DNA of 64,000 nt from Pseudogymnoascus verrucosus (lineage: Eukaryota). Where the stretch lies: NCBI GenBank assembly GCA_001662655.1, contig KV460219.1; one strand, 5' to 3'. Made by a program: the position numbers and the translations under genes. Below the pieces are notes generated by a model. That model saw nothing but the letters and a program-made list of their open reading frames with translations, did not search any database and was not told where the DNA came from. Shown here one piece after another: positions 35,762-50,974 of this stretch; positions within the stretch are counted from its first letter, which is position 1; each line of letters begins with the position of its first letter.

Positions 35762-36335
35762 ATGTCTTTAACCTTCCAAACCCCGCCCTATCACTCCTAC
35801 CCCATCGGCCAATCGACACAGAAATACCGGAACTTGAACGCTACCCACATTTCCGATACATCGTATTCCTTCCCTGGCACGCGCAACAACGCTTCCACCA
35901 GCCACGAGAGTTTCAAATTCGATTATAAGAGTTGCAACGACTCCTCAGACTCGACGTACTCGTCATAGTCCTAAAACTGGGTGATGCGAAGTCCAGATTT
36001 GGAAGATGTCTGAGATTGCCCCGACTATCTCGGGCCAGTTTGACAACAAATCCGCCTCATTCGCACCGACAGGACTCTACCAAGCTTCTCTCCCCGACGA
36101 ACGCAGATGGGCCGGGCCTATCTCCATCAGCTTTCTGGGCAGTGTTGATAGCGCTCGCTCTGATGAGCTGTTGTCTGGCAAGCAACCCGCTTGGAATCCG
36201 GCACTTGGGTTCCCGAAATCGGGCAGTGGCGCACCGGGTGACGACGGATCTAATGGAGGATCGCAAGTTGGCACGCACATATACGCTAGCCTGGCAATGG
36301 TATGGGGCATATTGATGCTAAGCTTGTATATATAA
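35762..36335 (+). pseudogene. Probable remnant of a GPI-anchored/secreted protein
   Basis: The last ORF ends in a GS-rich linker and hydrophobic tail (GSNGGSQVG...LAMVWGILMLSLYI). The upstream part is broken by stops and a frame change, and has no signal peptide. Confidence 0.35.
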
Positions 36336-36632
36336 TAGCTTCATGTGTGCCGAACAAACCATCATTTGGGGTTTGGGCTAATGACATAGATGGCCCCTGA
36401 AAGAATGTTTTATATCCGCCAAATAGTGGGTGCTTTACTCTCAATAGCAACTCACTAGTAATAAACTCATGTGGACGTTGTAAGGTATGTGGAAATTGCA
36501 GTTATCAACTCTTTATATGATGATAAGATATATACAAAAGATCATCTCAATATATACACGCTTACCTCAGCTACTCTCCTCCCCTTTGTCCTATTCACAC
36601 CCATCCCCCCATCATCTACCCCTCTCTGTCCT

Positions 36633-37393
36633 TCACGCACAAGTTGCCACTGGGCCACCTGGCGCTGTGAACGTCGTCGGGTCAAACCCGTTGTAAAAGT
36701 CCGGAATCAAGATATTGGCATCCTGATCCGTGTATGCACCGGGCAGCTCGATCGATGGGCTACATGACCCTCCAGGGCCGGTGATGTGCAGCTGCGCGCA
36801 CCCGATGTAGAATTGCGTACCATCGACTGTCATCGAAGCGTGCAGGGTCTCCATCTCACTTCTTAACTGCAATAGTTTGTTAGCAAACCGATTCATCCAT
36901 TCGAAAAACTTCCACCGCGCTTAAATTTGGAAAGGAGACCTACCAGGTAGTCGCCAGACTCAAGGTTACTCGGCAGCTTAAACTCATGCGTCATCTCCGC
37001 CGCCTCCATAATCTCATTCGCCCACTGCCCATCCACATAATTCAGCTCATCAATCTTGACCCAGCTCCCAACCCCACTCTCCTGTGTCGCATCCCCGATC
37101 GGCCCAAGCAAGAAATGCGTAATCGGCCCCGGATGCGTCGACGAGTCCCACTGGACTTTGATCGTGTCGCCCGCCGCGGCGGCGCAGACGGCTTCGGTGC
37201 GCGGAACGGTGTTGCCGTTCACGTTGCAGGTGATATCGTTGGAGCTGACGTCGGTGACGGGGTTGTTGGAGGGGGGCATGCGGATGCATGTTTCGAAGCC
37301 GGGGGAGACGCCGTTGACCCAGAACTGGTGGAAGTTTTGGTGGGCCTCGACGGCTGCGAAGGCGAGGGGGAGGAGGAGGGCGGAGGTGTGCAT
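36633..37393 (-). CDS. AA9 lytic polysaccharide monooxygenase (GH61), no CBM; 2 exons
   Basis: Signal peptide ending AVEA followed by His1 (HQNF), then CNVNG, HPGP (second His), WVKI, LH...TQFYIGCAQ, LPGAY and PGGPV. Confidence 0.93.
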
Positions 37394-38700
37394 TTTGGCG
37401 GGGTATTTCAGGATTGTCGGGGGTGAAGGGATTGAGTGGTGACTCTGTTACGGATGGGGCACTTTTTGGAGGGTTGAAGCCCATTTTATATAAAATCACT
37501 TGCTGCCCAGCTTCTGGGGAAGGATGGCTCACGTGTGGAACTGGTTTTCTAGTTAGGTGTCAAGTATATTACAAGGCATATAGAGGTGACGAAGATGAAA
37601 GCTTACTACTGAAGTGAGTGACCAGCTCTGGTTAGGAATACAGGGTGTGTCGTCGACGCCTTCACGTATGAAGCAATGATCTCTCAGCCCCTCATATTAA
37701 CACCATATGTAGTATATAAAAGCACCGACTGTGTATCAGCACTGAAGCTCTACAGGCAGTGTAATTTCAAGTTAGTATAATTTTTCCGTAATTAATCTAT
37801 CAGCGGCGGCACTTGTAAAATAAGCATTTGATGTTAGCGCATGGAATCCAATCTGGGGTAGACGCAGGCTAGGAAACTGGCGATCCTGACACTTTGGTTC
37901 GAAACCGATCGTCAACCTAACCAAAACGCAGGGTCTTATTTGTGGGATTCCGTATCCCTGACTTTAACCTTTATATATCCATTTTCTATATATTAGCAAG
38001 GCCATATAACACACCTGGCTCGTTCCAGGGTTGGTGAGATCTGCTCAAAGGTGGCAAAGGCGGTGCTTGGGCGGCTTGTGAGTAGCCGGAAGAGGCGGAA
38101 GATGAACTGCAGAAATCACCATCCCGCACGGGATATACGGTGCACAGTTTGAGTTGGTCATGGCCATGAAGATCTAGTAATAAATTGTGGCTGGTCCTGC
38201 CGTATACCCGATCCTTGTGTTGTCAAAGTTGAAGCATAGAACACGTGAAGATACGTCCGTGATAGGATTAACTAATCTCCTGATACACTTACTAAGGGAA
38301 CAGAAAATCAAGATCAGATAAACCAACACGGCTGAGCCAAGACAATTATCATGTTTAACGATAATTTTCCATGTTGACTTGATATAAATGCTTCACACGG
38401 GAATTATGATTATTTGGCCAATACACCGACCTTATAGTATGACCCCATACACCATCCGCATTCAGACTAGAGGATTTCTGGCATAATCGGCACGGCACAA
38501 GCCGATGGCATCCGCGCCCGCTCTGGGGGGTGAAATGCACGAATCTCACCACATCTCACGCCGAAGCCTCTCTCCATATTCTCGTACATGTCATATATAA
38601 TAATAGTTAGGGCTGTTATGGCCAATATAGGCTCATGAACCCCGTCCAAAATTCGGAAGCTCAGCCCCATAAATACGAAAACCACGACTAATCGCCCCCA

Positions 38701-41458
38701 ATGCAACCCCTCCACAACCAGTCGAACCCCCTCGGTGGCGACGGTACCTCGAACCCTACCACGAGTACAGGTCCAGACGACAGGAGTGCGCTCGCCTTGG
38801 CAATGTCTCACTCGCCGCTGCAGTCATCAAAAACACTTTATACGCGGTCGTGCGACGTGTGTCGCAAGCGAAAGGTCAAATGCGACAAAATAAGCACGGG
38901 ATGCTCGAACTGCGCCAAAGCGCAGATAGAATGCCACTACCCAGGCCCTGGGCGTGCGCCGCGGCGGCCGAAGGCAGGAAAACAGGTCACAGCGAGGGAG
39001 ACAGAGTTGCTGAAGCGACTGAGGCGACTGGAGGGTGTCGTGCAGGAGTTGAGCGGGCAGGTGGAGGAGGAAACACATCGGAGTTCGACAGACAGCCCGA
39101 AGGATAGACTGTGGAAAGATAAGGACGCGAGCAGTGAGCCTGATAGTACAATTGGCAAACACCAATCGGCGAAGGGGACCGTAAGGGTAGTGGGGATGGA
39201 TGAGGGAAGGACGTCGACTTCGAAGTGGCTGGAGCGGATGGCTAATATGGGGGAAGGGCCTCCCGAATCCGATTTGATGAAGCGGGAGTTTGGGAAGCTG
39301 GTCATAGATGAGGGGAAGAGTCATTATGTCAACAGCGACCTGTTTGCAACTTTAAGCCACGAGGTACGTAAAATAACGCCCTTTTTCCACAACAACGCGC
39401 CAGCCCCTGAGATAGGTGTATGTAACTAACCCTCATTAGGTGGAAGATATCAGAGAGATATTTGATGGTGATGATACTTCAGTCGAAGATGATGGAGAGA
39501 CTGCCGATATGCCAGGTTCAAAATCTCCTGTGGGACACCAGGGGTTTTTGTTTGGTTATTCGAGCACGATGGTGGATCTGCGGTCTTTACATCCCTTACC
39601 TTCCCAGATACCATTCTTCTGGGATGTCTTTGTGGAGAACGTGGACCCTATCACGAAAGTCCTCCACGTGCCTACAATGGCCAAGGCAATCAAGGAGGCC
39701 AAGGAAAACCTCGACTGCCTGAGCAAGAGTATAGAGGCGTTGCTTTTTGCAATATATTACTCTGTTATAACATCCTTGAGCCAGGAAGAAGTCGTGTCAA
39801 ACTTTGGCACTGACAAAAGCGTGTTAATTGATCGCTATAGGTTTGGAGTGGAGCAGGCTCTCGCCCGAGCTGACTTCCTCAATACCTCGGAGCTGGTCAT
39901 AATACAAGCATTCTCTCTCTTCCTGACCTGCGTTCGCCGTCATGACCAGTCCAAATTTGTCTGGTCGCTAACTGGTCTTGCGATCCGACTATCGATAGGC
40001 CTTGGCCTCCACCGCGACGGCTCCAAGATGGGCCTTTCGCCTTTCGACACCGAAATGCGCCGCCGGTTATGGTGGTCGCTTTGCGTTCTCGACGTCCGCG
40101 CATCGGAAGACTACGGCTCTGAACCTGCGATCCTGGATGGCACCTACGATACCCTTTTACCTCTTAATGTTAATGACGTTGATCTTGATCCTCTCGCTAC
40201 CGAACCCGCGCAGGAGCACGTCGGCGTGTCTGATATGACTTTCTGCCTTATTCGGTACGAGGTCTGCAGAGTCATGCGGCACTTGCCTTACGCAACACCC
40301 CGTATCCATGCCCCTAGGGAACTAGCGAACGCTACCACTTTCGAAGAGAAGGAGAAAATGGTACGGGATCTGCACGCTCACCTTGAGGAAAAATACCTCC
40401 AATACTGCCTCAATTCCGGCCCGCTCCACTGGGTCGCCGCCACCGTCTCACGCCTCGTCCTCGCAAAAATGAGCATCATGATCTTCTTCCGCGGCCCAGA
40501 TTCCCCAGACAACCTGCCCCAGCACATTCGCGACCGCCTCTTCATCGCCAGCATCGAAATCAACGAGTACAGCCGGCTCCTCGAGACCGGCGCCGCAACG
40601 AAGAAATGGGGATGGCTGTTCCACACGTACGTCCACTGGCACGCCCTCGTGTATATTCTTCGCGAGATCAGCAATCGTCCACGCTGCCCTGTCACGGACC
40701 GCGCGTGGCGTGCTGTGGATAGCTCGTTTTCGAGTTGGGATGACGCAGTGAAGCATTCCCGCAGCTCGAAGAATGGGATGCTGTGGCTGCCGCTGCGCAG
40801 ATTGATGGCTAAAGCGCGTCGTAAGCGCGAGGAAGACCTTGCTGCCGTGGCCGCCGGTGACATGTCACGCCAAATACCCGGGTTTTTGGAGATGGATAGA
40901 TGTGCGGTGCCATCGGCGTGCCCGAGCGCGATGACTCAAGGGGAAGAGCAGCAGCATCAACCCGCTGATCTTGGCGACGTCGAAGTACTCCGCCCTCTAC
41001 AACAGGGCATCTTGTACCCGGACGAACCGATGTCCGATTCTACCCCGGATATCCCCTTACCGCCTTACACAATGGAATCGCATACGCAGGAGGTGAGTTC
41101 GGCTACCGAGGACGCTGGGGATGGACCGACTCAACTGCAGGCGCAGTTCCAGCAGTATGAGAATCAGCAGGCGCAGATGGCACAGCAACAGAATATGCAT
41201 AACCCGGCGTACCAGGGTGTCCAAAACCAGGTGCCGGGATTTTCGGGGCAGATGCAGGGCCAGGTGCCGTGGTTGCTTGAGGCGCCGTTGGGGGATCTAG
41301 ATATGGAGATGGGGGTGAGCTCGGGGGAGAGTAGTGGTATGGATGATTTCTCGTGGGAGAACTTTGATGATTTGGTGAGGGACGTTATGTTGCAGAATGA
41401 TCCGGGGCAGGTCGCGGATCGGGGGCCGTCGATGGTTGGCCTGGGGAGCTGGTGGTAG
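38701..41458 (+). CDS. Zn(II)2Cys6 transcription factor with Fungal_trans (middle homology) domain; 2 exons
   Basis: SCDVCRKRKVKCDKISTGCSNCAKAQIECHYP, NVDPITKVLHVPT and GLHRDG...EMRRRLWW. Intron at ~39364-39440. Confidence 0.93.
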
Positions 41459-42528
41459 TGGGGAGGAGGCTAGCGATTGGAGCTGTATGTGATACGAAAA
41501 TGACATTTATGGGTTATAATGAGGGCGGTCTGGTGTTTTGGTGGTATATATATCCTCTCTACTTATTGCTGGTGGGGTAGATAGTTCAGATGGCTTCTGA
41601 GATTTGTGGAATCTATAATCTTTTCTCGGTCCCCTTCCCTGGGTGCGATGTTAGAGTACTCACGAGACATCATGACGTGAAAGGCTTGTACATACTGCTG
41701 GTATCCGCACATCTGCCTCCATTTTGTATTTGAGGTGTAGCTGGATAACTGGGAGAGGCATAACGAGTCTGCAGACCTCCTCCAAATCGGACTGTTGAAG
41801 AAAAGAGAAGGGATAAATCAACGAAAGGCGTCCTCGAAGTCAGCAATACATATATCCACCACAATCAAGGGCAAATTGACAATAAGCAAATCCTTTCATG
41901 TTCTTGGAGTTTAGACAGTAAATGTGAGTTTCCAGGTGCTATTCAAGAAGCATACTGAAAATATTGTCTTGTTGGGGAAAGTGCGGTGGTGCTTCGTCTC
42001 TTCCCTTTCTGGTTTTGTCAGGTCGCGCCTTCCACTTCTGTTGTCCTTCGCCTGTCACTTACTTCACTTTTACCTCTCTCCATCTCACAACTCAACTTTC
42101 ACTCCTCGACCTTCCTCCTTCGGTTTTCATCCTTCGATTTTCAACTCTCATCCACCAATTCTCATCAATCAATGGAAGCTGGATATCCCGTTTGATTGTT
42201 TCAATCTCTGGGATATACCAAGCTCACATCAAGAGGTTGACAAACTCACTTCACAGTTGCCAAGCTCATTTCAGAGGCAACTCATCCAAGCTGTCCCTCT
42301 AAATCGATATTATTGCTTCACTCTGTACTCGTGCCTCTCCCTCTGGTCGCGCATTGAGCTTCGCCTCCCTGAGGAAAATTTCATCCACGAAACATTTCAT
42401 TCATTCAGTCAGATAGATCTATTCAAACCATTGGATCAATTTGACCCCACCATTTCTCTCGTCTCAATCTACGTGGCGGCGTGCAAAAAACTCCTGTTCT
42501 AAAACTTCCACGCTGATTTTACATGTAG

Positions 42529-42908
42529 GATGCTCCGGCGAAGAGTTGGATGTGAGCAAAAAACAAAAGCTCGGTAGCGAGACCTTACAGTACGGTTTGA
42601 GCCCATCAAGGGTTTCATTGGGACAGATTGGGAAGGATGGGTTGAAAATCAACAGCGAAGCACGATTGCGCGCTCCAGATGAGATAGGACTTGCTGCGGA
42701 AGAGAGGACACTCGTTTCAAAAGAGAAAATCCTAGCAGAGGAAAGCATCGCCCTGGAAAAGAAAAAGCTCGCAATTGAAAAAGAGGGGCATGCTCTGGAA
42801 AAGAGGAAGCTCGTCCTGGGAAATGAAAGGCTCGCCCTGGAAAAGAAGAAGCTCGCGGTGGATGATGAGAAGACCCCCCCAAGTCCGGCGTCTACAGTTT
42901 CAATGTGA
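42529..42908 (+). other. Exon-like fragment encoding a 14-aa-period coiled-coil repeat (ALEK[KR]KL)
   Basis: EESIALEKKKLAIEKEGHALEKRKLVLGNERLALEKKKL, with a 42-bp DNA period. A branch point and acceptor (GCTGAT...TGTAG) lie before 42529. I found no convincing upstream exon. Confidence 0.35.
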
Positions 42909-43505
42909 GGACTTAAATGGAGATTTATGGCATGTGAATGCTTGCGAGGTTCCAAAAGCTACCAGAAATGAGACGGATGGAAACTACCACCCCGAAGTCA
43001 ACGCCTCACCGAAAGCTTACACAACGATAATACAGTTGCTTGGCCTTTAAGAAACAATCAGTTTGAGATTTTTGTTGATTCTCCAGCTTACTCTATACCA
43101 TGTACGCTTTCATACAGAATGCACCCAACTACAAGAAGATGGGATCACCATTTGCTTTCTAGATCATAAAGGGTCGCTTCGACTAATATTTTTTTACTAC
43201 AGCTTATTACACTTCATACATACCACAACAGCACATGTAGCGTTAGCAACAAATAACATCTCAACAATCCAATCTCACCCGTTTCTATCTTGCTATGGGT
43301 GTGACACGTGAAAAACCTTGTCCCTGAAACTCCGTTTTAAAAGGGAGTTTGTTCTCTCTTTCCCAATACTTCACAGCCCCTTCCCCTATCATGAGTCTTG
43401 TCACTAACAATATTGTATTTTCCATCTATACCCAATCTATCAATCATATCTCATCACCATAACCAACCACTGCTATCCCCACCTCTTCCTCTCTCTACAC
43501 AACCC

Positions 43506-45193
<1,688 letters not shown>

Positions 45194-45758
45194 GGCGGGT
45201 TGAGGGGGTGGTTGATTGGGGTAGGATGGGTGGGAGTGGGAGTGGAGGGGTATGTTTTGAGGGTTTGGGGAGGGAGTCTAGGGGTCGTTTGAGGTTGGAG
45301 ACAGAGATGGAGGGGAGAACGGAAAAACAATGATCAATGTGGAGCTATAGGATATGAGATACTAGTATAGAATGAAGCTGATTAATGATGGAGGAGGTTC
45401 ATAGGTTCATAGGTTTGTAGGATTGTGTTCCTGATATTCTTGGCTGCAAGAGTAAGTTTATGGAGCAGCACCAGTAGAGTTGGAGCAGTCCACTCTATGT
45501 CCGGCGGGGGGTTGTTCTTTCCGTGATAGTGGATGTTTTGGTGGCATTTTGGTCTTACTGCATGGTCGCAACGTGGTCGTAATTGCACTGTGCCTCAGTG
45601 CCGTAATGCCTCAGTAAGCTCACTAAGCTCACTAACGGTATCACTAGCAACTCACTAGCAACTCACTAGCAACATCACTAGTTTACAGGGATCAGCCGCT
45701 AAAGTGCCGTGGCTACAGGGGCTTTCACAGGCTCAAACTCGGAAGGAACAGCGTTGCC

Positions 45759-45824
45759 AGGGTAGCAGCTAGGGTTCCGGCTAGGGTACCGGTCAGGGTT
45801 GCAGGCAGGGTTTAGAGTCAGGGT
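45759..45824. repeat. Six phased YAGGGT motifs with ~12-bp period
   Basis: AGGGT at 45759, 45771, 45783, 45795, 45807 and 45820, with variable spacers. Confidence 0.85.
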
Positions 45825-46080
45825 TCACGGTGTCAGCGTAGAGGTACAACGGCACGCATTGGCCCCCCACGCAAATCTGAAGTACTGTACTCTCTCGTTC
45901 GCAAATTTGTAAATGCACACCACCAACCAACACAGTAGAGTACCAAATCTCCAAATTTCCAAATTTCCAAATGAAGAGTCTTGGTTCTGCAATACTACTA
46001 CACTATACTACTATACGTATGCCTGTACTATATTATACTATACTATATTCTAGCCCGAGTGAATCTTCCGTAGATTCCCC

Positions 46081-46140
46081 GACTGGATATGACTGGCTAC
46101 GACTGGCTACGACTAGATATGACTGGATATGACTGGCTAC
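46081..46140. repeat. 10-bp minisatellite, 6 copies (GACTRGMTAY)
   Basis: gactggatat gactggctac gactggctac gactagatat gactggatat gactggctac. Confidence 0.95.
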
Positions 46141-46746
46141 TGCGGAGCTCCGTTCGGAAAATATAGCAGGTTAACTAGGATCAGATCTTCTACTGAATCT
46201 TCTAACTGACTAACTAACTAACTAACTGAGTGAATAGTTCGAATAGTCGAATAGTCGAATGGCCAGCCAGCCAGACTTAGAAATCTCCACCGAAACGCTA
46301 GAAAAAGGAAGGGGCAATGCAGAGGCCCTTGTAACCCCTCTCACTGTCGCTCCTCGCCCTCGTGGTTGACATCTCCACAGCGACCATCGGCCAATGCCAG
46401 TGCCAATCCGATGCTAATCCCCCCCTTTCAGGTGGAAACCATTCAGTGGGGACGCACCTGCCGCACGATGTCCGCCACGGCGTGGCTACAGGGTGAAGGG
46501 TGTCTGCACACCTGAACCCATCGCTTCCAATGCAATGCCATCAATCCAGGATCAATAGTAGCTCTTGCCCCATAAAACTCGAGATTGCAATGTCGAACTC
46601 CTCGTCCTAGCGTTCCCCCGCTGCTGATTCCTTCCGTGTCGAGACGACCAATTCCTGATTCCCCATTGCTATAGATCCTTCCTCTTTTCCCTCCTTCCGT
46701 GTTCAGATCAACAACTCTTCAATTCGACTTCATATTGTCTGCAGAG

Positions 46747-48718
46747 ATGGCGGACGAAGGTGTTCCCGTTCAAGAGAAGGCTGCTGCCCCTGTGGCTTCA
46801 GCGTCGGCACCTGCAGCAACCCCTGCCGAGAATGTGGTTTCCGATAACGAGGTCGACGAGAAGACATATCGCGACAATTCGGCCAGCATTGAGGACCATG
46901 ACGAGCCTGAGCCGCGCCTTCACGCGAAGACATGGCTCACGGTCTTCGCAGTCTGCCTGATCTACTTTGCGCAACTCATCAACGTTGTCGGCGCAGGTGC
47001 TGTAAGTTGCCCATTCTAGAGTCCCGAATACCGAGCCCTTCTAATTATTTCGCAGCGCGCACAAGATATTGCTAAGGTAGTTGGCGGCTCAGCCGACAGC
47101 ACCTGGCTCACCTCTGCCGTTGCCATCTTCACCACCGTCCTCTCTCCCCCAGTCTCCCAAGCGGCCGATTACTGGGGACGCCGATGGTTTCTCATCCTCC
47201 TCACCCTCTGCGGTGCCGTCGGCTCCATTATCGTTGCGCGCGCAAACACCATGAACATGGCTATTGCGGGAGAGTGTGTTGCCGGAATCTCGTACGGTGT
47301 CCAGCCTCTCCTCCACGCAGTCACCTCCGAGGTGCTGCCCCGAAAGTACAGACCATATGCGCAAGCCGCCGATAACGTCGCGGCAGCGTTGGGAGGTTTG
47401 GTGGCTCTCCTCGTGGGAGGTGCCATGACCCGCACCAACCCGGAGGGATTCAGGAACTACTGGTACTTTGCGACTGCTATCTATGCCATCGCGACAGTCC
47501 TTTGCCTCGTTCTCTACAACCCGCCGCCGTTGCCAACACAGCTCGGCCTCACTCACGTCGAGAAGCTCAAGAAGCTCGACTGGATCGGCTACTTCTTCCT
47601 CACTGCCGGCCTCGTCCTTTTCTGCATGGGTCTCTCCTGGTCGCAAAACCCATACGATTGGCCAGAGGTCCATATCATGGTGCCCTTTTTCATCGGTCTC
47701 GCCTTCATGGCAGCCTTGATCGTCTACGAGGCGCGCTTCAAGAAGGACGGCATGTTCCACCACGGCCTCTTCAGCAACGGCCGCAACTTCTCCATTGCGC
47801 TCTTCGGTGTCTTCGTTGAGGGCCTCGTCTTCTTCGCTGCGAACAACTACTTTGCCTTCCAGGCATCCATCCTCTACGAGACTGACCCGCTACGCGTCGG
47901 CGCCAGGTACGGTGTCAACTTCATCATCTACGCCCTCTTCGCCGTTCTCGCGGGCGCCTACTGCGCGATGACAAAGCAGGTCAAGCTCCCGACCGTGGTC
48001 GCCTTCGTCAGCATGATCATCTTCTTCATCCTCATGGCTACGGCTGGCCCGTCGAGCGGTGATCACGTATGGGGATACCCTGTGTTCCTGGGTATCGGTC
48101 TCGGAACGTGTCTCTGCACGCTCGTTACCGTTGCACAGCTGTCAACCCCCCGCGAACTCATCGCAACGACATCTGGACTTATGATCTCCGTCCGCTCTTT
48201 CGGCGGTTCCATCGGTCTGGCTATCTGTAAGTCCACATCCCTCTATCTTCCCAGCTCCCCCGACTAACATCTACACAGACCACGCCATCCTCGTTGGCAA
48301 GCTAAACACCAATCTTGGCCCCAAGATCGCCGCAGCTGTCCTACCACTCGGCCTGCCCGAGTCCTCGCTGGGCGACTTCATCACTGCGCTGAACAACCAG
48401 GACATCGCTGGTCTCGGAAAGATCCCGGGCGTCACGGGACAGGTCATCGGTGCAGGTCTGGGGGGACTGCGCGAGGCGTACAATCTGGGCTTCAGGTTCA
48501 TCTGGGTCGCTGCCGGGTGTTTCACCGTTGCGGCTGCTGTTGGTACGTCTATATTTATAATTGCTATTATTTATGGGATCACGAGACTAATGAATTCCAC
48601 AGCTGCCATCTTCCTCGTCGACCCTGTCAAGGAGTTCAACAACCGCATCGACCACCCTGCCGAAAAGGAGGAGGAGCTGTTTGGGAACTCCGGTGCAACA
48701 TCGGCATCTGCCAATTAA
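46747..48718 (+). CDS. MFS transporter, TRI12 (fungal trichothecene efflux pump)/siderophore-transporter-like family; 4 exons
   Basis: SQAADYWGRRWF, SEVLPRKYRPYAQA, LYNPPP...KLDWIG and QLSTPRELIATTSGL, with many TM segments. Introns near 47002-47055, 48227-48278 and 48543-48602. Confidence 0.88.
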
Positions 48719-50974
48719 TCTACGCATTAGTCTGAGCGCATGCATGCATCTGTTTGAGCACACTATTGGCAAAGTAAAAAGAGGCGTCCGAGCAAATATA
48801 TGCGACGCAAAAATGCGACGCCAAAAATACGACTGGGGGATCTAGATCGTGGGCGTGGCGGGTCTATTCCTTTTGGTCGCTTCACTGCCACATGCTTTCT
48901 TTTGCCTTTAATTATGTATGATTAGCTACGCGAGCGAATGCCTGAAGGGCTGGGGGGTTGAGCGGGCGTTTTACTTTGTTCATAATTTGGAAAGTTTGGG
49001 GAGGGGTTTGTGCATATAGATAGAGTATACTCCGTACATACATACTGCAGAGTTACAGTAGATAGCAGGGTACATACATAACATTAATCTTATCTCTGGT
49101 CTAATGCAAAATTCTCCGTACAGAAAGTTGAAGTACCTCTTGCAGTTTTACGAAAGCAGGGTGATTTGAGTTCCCCCCTCCCTAGCACAGCTGGTGGTGG
49201 GTGGTGGGTGGTGGCCCCCAAAAACGCCCATTCCCAGCGCCCAGGTGCCCAGCCCCCAGCGCACGACCAACCGTCGCGTCCTCCCTCCCTCGTCCGCCCG
49301 ACGCCAGCGCAGTCTTAGCACCAATAGCGCCAATTCCTAACACTTCCTAGCGCACTCCTAGCAGGAACAATAGCGAACCAAAACTCCCGCTAGGGTCCCT
49401 AGCATCGCTCTACCAGCCTTAACCTGGTCAAGCATGTTATTAGCCGGCGCTGATTACTACTAGAAGCAGGTTGTCCGTCAGCCACTACCTTAATCCGACC
49501 CCGCCCATTGGGCTGGATGGGTCCCGGAAGTTCGGATCGGAAGGGCAAGTGGGGGGTTGCTGGGATTAGGACTGCGTACGTATGTTAGGGACATGGGTAG
49601 GGGTACCTTGAACGCTGTAGGGGGGGGTAGGGTTCGCTGTGATTACGAAGCTGTAGTGATGCGCGATGCTAGGGGGGGAAATGTGCAAATCTCCTCCGAA
49701 GCAGGAAGGGGAGAGTGAAAATCTCTGCCGTGCTTGGGGGGGTGTTACCGTGGGGATTCAGGGATGGGGGGTTTGTTCCGATGCGACCTGCGTGCGGTCT
49801 CCGTATACTGCTGTAGGGGTGTGTATGTGTTGCACGGGGGGGTGAGGGTATGGTGTGTGGTGCATCCATGTGTGAACTGTAGTGCAGTGCAGGAGATCAT
49901 GAATGAGTGAATCTAGATCTATGGTAGAGTAGCATGCATGCATCAATCAACGCAAAAACCTCGTCGTATAATACCCCCTATTAACAGCACCCTAGATGCC
50001 GATGACACCACTATTACAACCAAAATCTCAAACGGCTTTCTCGCAACAAACACCTCTTTTCACCTTTCTAACCAGCTCACCCCCCACTTCCTACTAAAAC
50101 TACCTCGCTTCCACCTAGCACAGCCCTAAACCGCCTCGGTCTCCGCCGCCGGAACATCGCACCGTGATGACTCCACACACCACGCTGCCGAGGGTAAATG
50201 CTAAGACTAGGAGCTAAAGGTAAGAGCTAAGGCGGGTCAGCGAGGTACAAGCGCGCCTGGGTGGTTTTCTTGCTTTTTTCTTGGGGAGATGGGGGAAGAA
50301 CGCCTGTTACGTGCAACTTTGCAACTGGGTGCATTGGGGAGGTATGATTGGGTAGTGCTGATGCGATGTAGGGGGTTTGAGGGGGTTATTGGAAATTTTA
50401 TGGGGGTGTTTGGGGAGTTTGGGGGTGTTATTGGTGATGGGGGTGCGTGGATGTGACCCTGGAGGTGGGGGGAAGGATCGCTGCGACGAGATATGGAACC
50501 AGGAACGAGGTTTATACTAGGAAGATGAGATACGATACTACGATATATTTGGTTGAACTGCTGGGGAGAAGCTTCGATGGGTGGATTAGAGGGATTTGCA
50601 GAAGGTGCTACTAAGGAGAGATGGTGCTAGGGGAGGGGGGGGGGAGGGAAGTATCGCCGGCGTGATAGTCGTAGTGGACGTTTGTACTATACGTTACATT
50701 ATGTGCATAGTTAGTGATTGGGTGGGTGATAACTAGACCCATCGCACGCCCGACTGAGACATTGGGGTTTTTGGTTCTATTGAGTCGTAAAACGTGCCTG
50801 TCGCCAGTGTTGAAGGTTTATACACTTCTACCTCCACCCTCCACGACGGCGTCGAGTTGAGTTGTCGACTTTCAGCTCCTTATCTCCTCGCCCTCTCCCC
50901 CTCCGCCATCTTCAATCCTCGCTCTCGCTCTCTCTCTACGCCGGGCGCAGAAGAGACGAGTCTCAATCGCCAAG

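Noticed and set aside
37394..38700. XlnR-type GGCTRR sites near the LPMO and acetylxylan esterase genes
   Set aside because: Only isolated 6-mers were seen (for example GGCTAG near 37867), which is expected by chance.
41924..42502. 192-aa plus-strand ORF
   Set aside because: Non-ATG start and a Ser/Phe/Leu-rich product of pyrimidine-rich DNA, with no domain.
46081..46140. CRISPR-like or telomeric interpretation of the short repeats
   Set aside because: Eukaryotic context, no unique spacers of CRISPR size, no cas genes and no true (TTAGGG)n run.
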